A stretch of DNA of 64,000 bases from Acidimicrobiia bacterium (lineage in GTDB: Bacteria; Actinomycetota; Acidimicrobiia; Spongiisociales; UBA11373), in the NCBI GenBank assembly GCA_036478235.1, contig JAZGDZ010000089.1, positions 3,105 to 67,104 of the forward strand, in the 5' to 3' direction. A model generated the notes under the pieces. That model saw only the letters and a list, made by a program, of their open reading frames with translations, was not told the DNA's origin and made no database searches. Shown here piece after piece: positions 60,117 to 64,000 of the stretch (the stretch's first letter is position 1; each line of letters begins with the position of its first letter). A program made the translations under genes and the position numbers.

Positions 60117-61136
60117 TCACCAGCCGAGTGCCTCCCGGACCGCATCGGCCTCGGGGGCCACGGGATCGGGTTGCATGGTTTCATCGACCGCAATGGCAGG
60201 GTCCTTGAGCCCGTGTCCGGTCAGCGTGCATACAACCGGCCCCTCAGGCAGGTCGCCCCGATACTTGATCAGGCCGGCGACCGATGCCGCCGACGCCGGC
60301 TCGCAGAACACGCCGACGCTCGAGGCCAGCAGGTCGTACGCAGCCAGGATCTCCTCGTCGGTCACCGCCTCGATCCGCCCGTGCGACTCATCGCGGGCGG
60401 CCACCGCCCCTTCCCACGAGGCGGGGCGACCGATCCGGATCGCGGTGGCCACCGTCTCGGGCTCGTCGATCGGCTCACCGCGGACGATTGGAGCCGCCCC
60501 GGCCGCCTGGAAGCCCCACATCCGAGGTGCGGCGCCCGAGGCCCGATACCCCTTCCAGTGGGCGGCAATGTTTCCGGCGTTGCCCACCGGCAGGCAGTGG
60601 ACCGCGGGGGCACTTCCCAGCGCCTCCATCACCTCCCAGGCGACGGTCTGCTGCCCCTCTATCCGGTCGGGGTTGACGGAGTTGACCAAGACCACGTCGT
60701 CGCCGGTGATCTCCCGGACGACGCCGAGGGCAGCATCGAAGTTGCCGTGCACGGCGACCACCCTTGCCCCGTGCCGGACGGCCTGTGCCAGCTTTCCCAG
60801 AGCCACGTTTCCCGCGGGGAGGATCACGACCGCCTCGATTCCGGCCCGAGCCGCGTACGCCGCGGCCGACGCCGAGGTGTTTCCGGTGGAGGCGCACACG
60901 ACTGCCCCCGCCCCGCGCCCGACGGCCTTGGAGACGGCCAGCGTCATCCCCCGATCCTTGAACGATCCGGTCGGATTGGCCCCCTCCACCTTGAGATGGA
61001 CATCACGATCGACCATCGCGGACAGAGCGGGGGCGGCCAGCAGCGGCGTGTTTCCCTCGAGAAGAGTCACCGCGGCCACTCCGTCGTCGATGTCGAGACG
61101 ATCCCGGTACACCTCGATGAGGCCCGGCCAGCTCAC
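60117..61136 (-). CDS. thrC: Threonine synthase
   Basis: PLP-lysine motif [11 protein letters not shown]. Full-length ThrC pattern. Confidence 0.9.
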   Translation of the reverse strand: MSWPGLIEVYRDRLDIDDGVAAVTLLEGNTPLLAAPALSAMVDRDVHLKVEGANPTGSFKDRGMTLAVSKAVGRGAGAVVCASTGNTSASAAAYAARAGIEAVVILPAGNVALGKLAQAVRHGARVVAVHGNFDAALGVVREITGDDVVLVNSVNPDRIEGQQTVAWEVMEALGSAPAVHCLPVGNAGNIAAHWKGYRASGAAPRMWGFQAAGAAPIVRGEPIDEPETVATAIRIGRPASWEGAVAARDESHGRIEAVTDEEILAAYDLLASSVGVFCEPASAASVAGLIKYRGDLPEGPVVCTLTGHGLKDPAIAVDETMQPDPVAPEADAVREALGW

Positions 61137-62413
61137 CCGTCCTCGCTCTCCACCCGGATCACCGAGGCGATGGATTCGACCGCGGCGAGCGACCGGAGCG
61201 CCTCGACCGCGGCCTGCTGGGCGGCCTCGGGAGCGGTGTGGGTCACCAGCACGAGGGTGGCCGAGTCGCCCCGGCCCTCCTGACGGACCGAGAGGATGCT
61301 CACCCCGGCCTCACTGAAGGCGCCCGCTATCTGTGCCAGCACACCCGGGCTGTCCACCACCTCCAGCCGGACATACCACTGGGTGTCGACCGTCCCGAAG
61401 TCGACGACGTCGCCGGGCTCCACCCTGATCCGGGGAACCACCCGGGAGCCGGACAGGTGCACGCGGGCGGCGTCAATGACGTCGCCGAGCACGGCGGTGG
61501 CGGTGGGCTCTCCGCCGGCCCCCGGCCCGGCGAAGAGCAGCTCGCCGACGGAAGGGCCCTCTATGTAGATGGCGTTCGTCGCCCCGCGAATCGCCGCGAG
61601 CGGATGATCGACGGAGAGCATGAGCGGGTGCACCCGGACACTCACCCCATCACTGCGCCGCTCGGCGACGGCAAGCAGCCGAATCACGAACCCGAGCTCA
61701 TCGGCGGCGCGGAAATCGGCGGCGCTGATCGCGGTTATCCCCTCCGCGTGGACCCGATCCGGCGCCACCCAGGTTCCGAAGGCGAGACCGGCGAGGATCG
61801 CCGCCTTCGCAGCCGCATCGGCTCCGGACACGTCGGCCGTGGGGTCGGCCTCGGCGTATCCGAGGCGCTGCGCTTCGGCGAGTGCCTCCTCATATCCGAC
61901 ACCCTCGTCGGCCATCGATGTGAGGATGAAGTTCGTCGTCCCGTTGACGATCCCCAGCACGCGAGCCACCTGCTCGCCGGCGAGCGTCTCGGTCAGCGGT
62001 CGGATGATCGGGATACCTCCTCCAACGGTCGCCTCGAAGAGCAGCGGCACGCCGGCCTCGGCGGCGGCAGCGAACAACTCGGGTCCCCGGGCAGCGACCA
62101 GCTCCTTGTTGGCGGTGACCACCGGCTTTCTCGCCCGAAGTGCGGCCAGCACCAGAATCCCCGCTGGATCGAGACCGCCCATCACCTCGACGATCAGGTC
62201 GACGGCGGGATCGTCGACGAGGTCCATGACCTCGGCCGTGACGATCTCGGACGGGATGCCGGGACGCTCTTTCGAGACGTCGCGCACGGCCACCCTGCGA
62301 ACCTCCAGGTCGAGGCCGGTCTTGGCGGTCACCACGGCTCGCTCCTCCACGAGCCGACGCACCAGCGTGCCGCCGACGGTCCCCGCTCCCGCGATCCCGA
62401 TTCCGATCGTCAT
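61133..62413 (-). CDS. hom: Homoserine dehydrogenase (with C-terminal ACT domain)
   Basis: Rossmann motif [11 protein letters not shown]-terminal ACT-like segment [22 protein letters not shown]. The short upstream extension is rejected. Confidence 0.9.
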   Translation of the reverse strand: MTIGIGIAGAGTVGGTLVRRLVEERAVVTAKTGLDLEVRRVAVRDVSKERPGIPSEIVTAEVMDLVDDPAVDLIVEVMGGLDPAGILVLAALRARKPVVTANKELVAARGPELFAAAAEAGVPLLFEATVGGGIPIIRPLTETLAGEQVARVLGIVNGTTNFILTSMADEGVGYEEALAEAQRLGYAEADPTADVSGADAAAKAAILAGLAFGTWVAPDRVHAEGITAISAADFRAADELGFVIRLLAVAERRSDGVSVRVHPLMLSVDHPLAAIRGATNAIYIEGPSVGELLFAGPGAGGEPTATAVLGDVIDAARVHLSGSRVVPRIRVEPGDVVDFGTVDTQWYVRLEVVDSPGVLAQIAGAFSEAGVSILSVRQEGRGDSATLVLVTHTAPEAAQQAAVEALRSLAAVESIASVIRVESEDG

Positions 62414-62447
62414 CGTGAAATCGTACCGGCAGCGGTCGGCCGCGCCG

Positions 62448-64000
62448 CTACATCGTCTCCGGCGCACTCAGGCCGAGCACGCCCAGCACCGCCAGAAGCA
62501 CGCTCTTGGCGGCCTCTACCAGCCACAGACGTGCCTGGGTGACGGATGCGTCCTCGGTGACCACCCGGCATTCGGTGTAGAAGCGGTGAAACGCTGTGGC
62601 GAAGTCCGCCCCGTAGGCAGCGACGCGGTGCGGGGCCCGCCGTCGCGCCGCCTCGGCGATCTCCTCTCCCAGCCGGTCGGCTTCCCGCAGCATGGCAAGC
62701 TCGGTCGGTTCGGTGAGCACGGAGAGATCCACTTCTTCCAGAGGGGCACGAGCGACGCCCTGCTCCGCGGCAAACCGCTCCAGCGAGCACATCCGGGCAT
62801 GGGCGTACTGGAGGTAGTACACGGGATTGTCCATCGACTGCGCCTTCGCCGCCTCCAGATCGAAGTTGATCGCCGTGTCCGGGCTGAAGGCGGCCAGGTG
62901 GTAGCGGGTGGCATCCGGCCCCACTTCTTCGAGCACCTCGCGGAAGGAGACGAACTCGCCGGTCCGCGTCGACATCCTCACCGGTTCACCGCCCCGATTC
63001 ACACTGACCATCTGATTGATGACGATCTCGAGGCTATCCGGGTCGTATCCCAGCGCCTCCACTGCCGCCTTCATCCGCGCGATGTATCCGTGGTGGTCTG
63101 CCCCCCAAACGTTGATGACTCGATCAAACCCGCGCTCAAACTTGTTCCGGTGATAGGCGACGTCGGGAGCGATGTAGGTGTACTCGCCGTCGGATTTCAC
63201 CAGCACCCGGTCCTTCTCGTCGCCGAAGTCCGTGGTCCGGAACCACACCGCCCCTTCGGCCTCGTACACGTGGCCCCGTTCCCGCAGCACGTCGATCGAG
63301 CGATCCACGTCGCCGGTGCCGTGCAGCGTCGTCTCGCTGAACCAGACGTCGAAGGGGATTCGCGCCAGATCGAGCGTCTCCTCGATTTCCTGCATTGCCC
63401 GCTCTTGCCCCCACTGCCGGATTCGGTCGCGCCGGTCGTCGACGTCGGCCAGCGCATCGCCCTGTTCGGCCGCCAGCTCGGCGGCCCACTCTGCAACGTA
63501 CCCACCGTGGTAACCGTCCCTGGGAAAGTCCACATCCCGGCCCACGGCCTGGAGATACCGCGCCTCGAGGCTTGCGGCGTAGCGGTCCATCTGCACGCCG
63601 GCGTCGTTGTAGTAGTACTCGCGGCTCACCGAGTGGCCGGCGTAGTCGAGCGTCCGCGCGATGACATCTCCGATGACGCCTCCCCGGCCGTGGCCGATGT
63701 GGAGCGGTCCGTTCGGGTTGGACGAAACGAACTCCACCTGAATCCTCTCCCCAGACCCCGGCTTGCCGCGGGCGTGGTCCGGTCCGCCGGCTGCCGCCTT
63801 CCTCAAGACCTGCAGGTACCACTCGGGCCCCAGCGTGAAGTTGATGAACCCCGGCCCGGCCACCTCGGTGGCGACGAGGTGATCGATCTCGGGCAGATGC
63901 TCCAGGACGACGACGGCCAGGTCGCGCGGCGGCATCCCGGCGTGCTTCGCCGCCACCAGGGCTACGTTGGACGCCCAGTCGCCGTGGTCCCGATCGCGGG
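62448..64000 (-). CDS. argS: Arginine--tRNA ligase, N-terminus outside window
   Basis: HIGH motif PNGPLHIGHGRGG lies only ~85 aa from the in-window start, so the N-terminal add-1 domain must lie beyond 64000. The C-terminal DALR anticodon-binding region is present. Confidence 0.85.
   Translation of the reverse strand, partial: RDRDHGDWASNVALVAAKHAGMPPRDLAVVVLEHLPEIDHLVATEVAGPGFINFTLGPEWYLQVLRKAAAGGPDHARGKPGSGERIQVEFVSSNPNGPLHIGHGRGGVIGDVIARTLDYAGHSVSREYYYNDAGVQMDRYAASLEARYLQAVGRDVDFPRDGYHGGYVAEWAAELAAEQGDALADVDDRRDRIRQWGQERAMQEIEETLDLARIPFDVWFSETTLHGTGDVDRSIDVLRERGHVYEAEGAVWFRTTDFGDEKDRVLVKSDGEYTYIAPDVAYHRNKFERGFDRVINVWGADHHGYIARMKAAVEALGYDPDSLEIVINQMVSVNRGGEPVRMSTRTGEFVSFREVLEEVGPDATRYHLAAFSPDTAINFDLEAAKAQSMDNPVYYLQYAHARMCSLERFAAEQGVARAPLEEVDLSVLTEPTELAMLREADRLGEEIAEAARRRAPHRVAAYGADFATAFHRFYTECRVVTEDASVTQARLWLVEAAKSVLLAVLGVLGLSAPETM

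Overview
This is a high-GC, actinobacteria-like chromosomal segment. It is densely packed with genes that often overlap by 1-4 nt (ATGA or TGATG junctions), which suggests translational coupling, and I found no transposases, integrases, CRISPR arrays or tRNAs.

The window opens with the 3' part of ppk1, fused in frame to a NUDIX domain, followed by a separate histidine-phosphatase gene and pgl.

At 2.8-9.9 kb on the minus strand lies a compact bacterial microcompartment (BMC) operon:
- shell genes: three BMC-P pentamer paralogs, two tandem-domain BMC-T proteins and one BMC-H;
- enzymes: a CoA-acylating aldehyde dehydrogenase, deoxyribose-phosphate aldolase (DeoC) and an RpiB-type sugar-phosphate isomerase, each with an N-terminal encapsulation-peptide-like extension;
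- a divergent MerR-like regulator.
This matches the bioinformatically catalogued but experimentally uncharacterised sugar-phosphate-utilising (SPU-like) BMC class. No phosphotransacylase or alcohol dehydrogenase is present for cofactor recycling.

Next come an EamA transporter, two ABC-2 exporter pairs, murJ, the nickel superoxide dismutase pair sodN/sodX, a penicillin-acylase-family hydrolase, a DUF3048 lipoprotein, an amidase and korAB.

At 25.0-33.4 kb on the minus strand is a second notable operon, a type II DMSO-reductase-family molybdoenzyme of unknown substrate. It comprises a 1149-aa Tat-exported catalytic alpha subunit, a 109-aa coupled ORF, a NarH-like FeS beta subunit, a TorD-like chaperone and an EbdC-like heme-b gamma subunit carrying a C-terminal transmembrane anchor. 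A polytopic membrane protein lies upstream, and an Rrf2 (FeS-type) regulator is transcribed divergently.

The rest of the window carries standalone hisA/priA, a PIG-L (MshB/Mca-like) deacetylase, a secreted M23 peptidase, the complete F1Fo ATP-synthase operon (AtpZ-atpI-BEFHAGDC), glyA, tsaC, prmC, an ~8-kb block (VOC-family protein, S9 peptidase, cupredoxin lipoprotein, M16 peptidase) inserted between prmC and prfA, a DUF1385 protein, rpmE, rho, a transaldolase, thrC, hom and a 5'-truncated argS.

Several intergenic tandem-repeat families also occur: heptanucleotide arrays (GACATCR)n-(TCTGARA)n at three sites, (CGACTGG)n, and a complex 32-bp tandem array.
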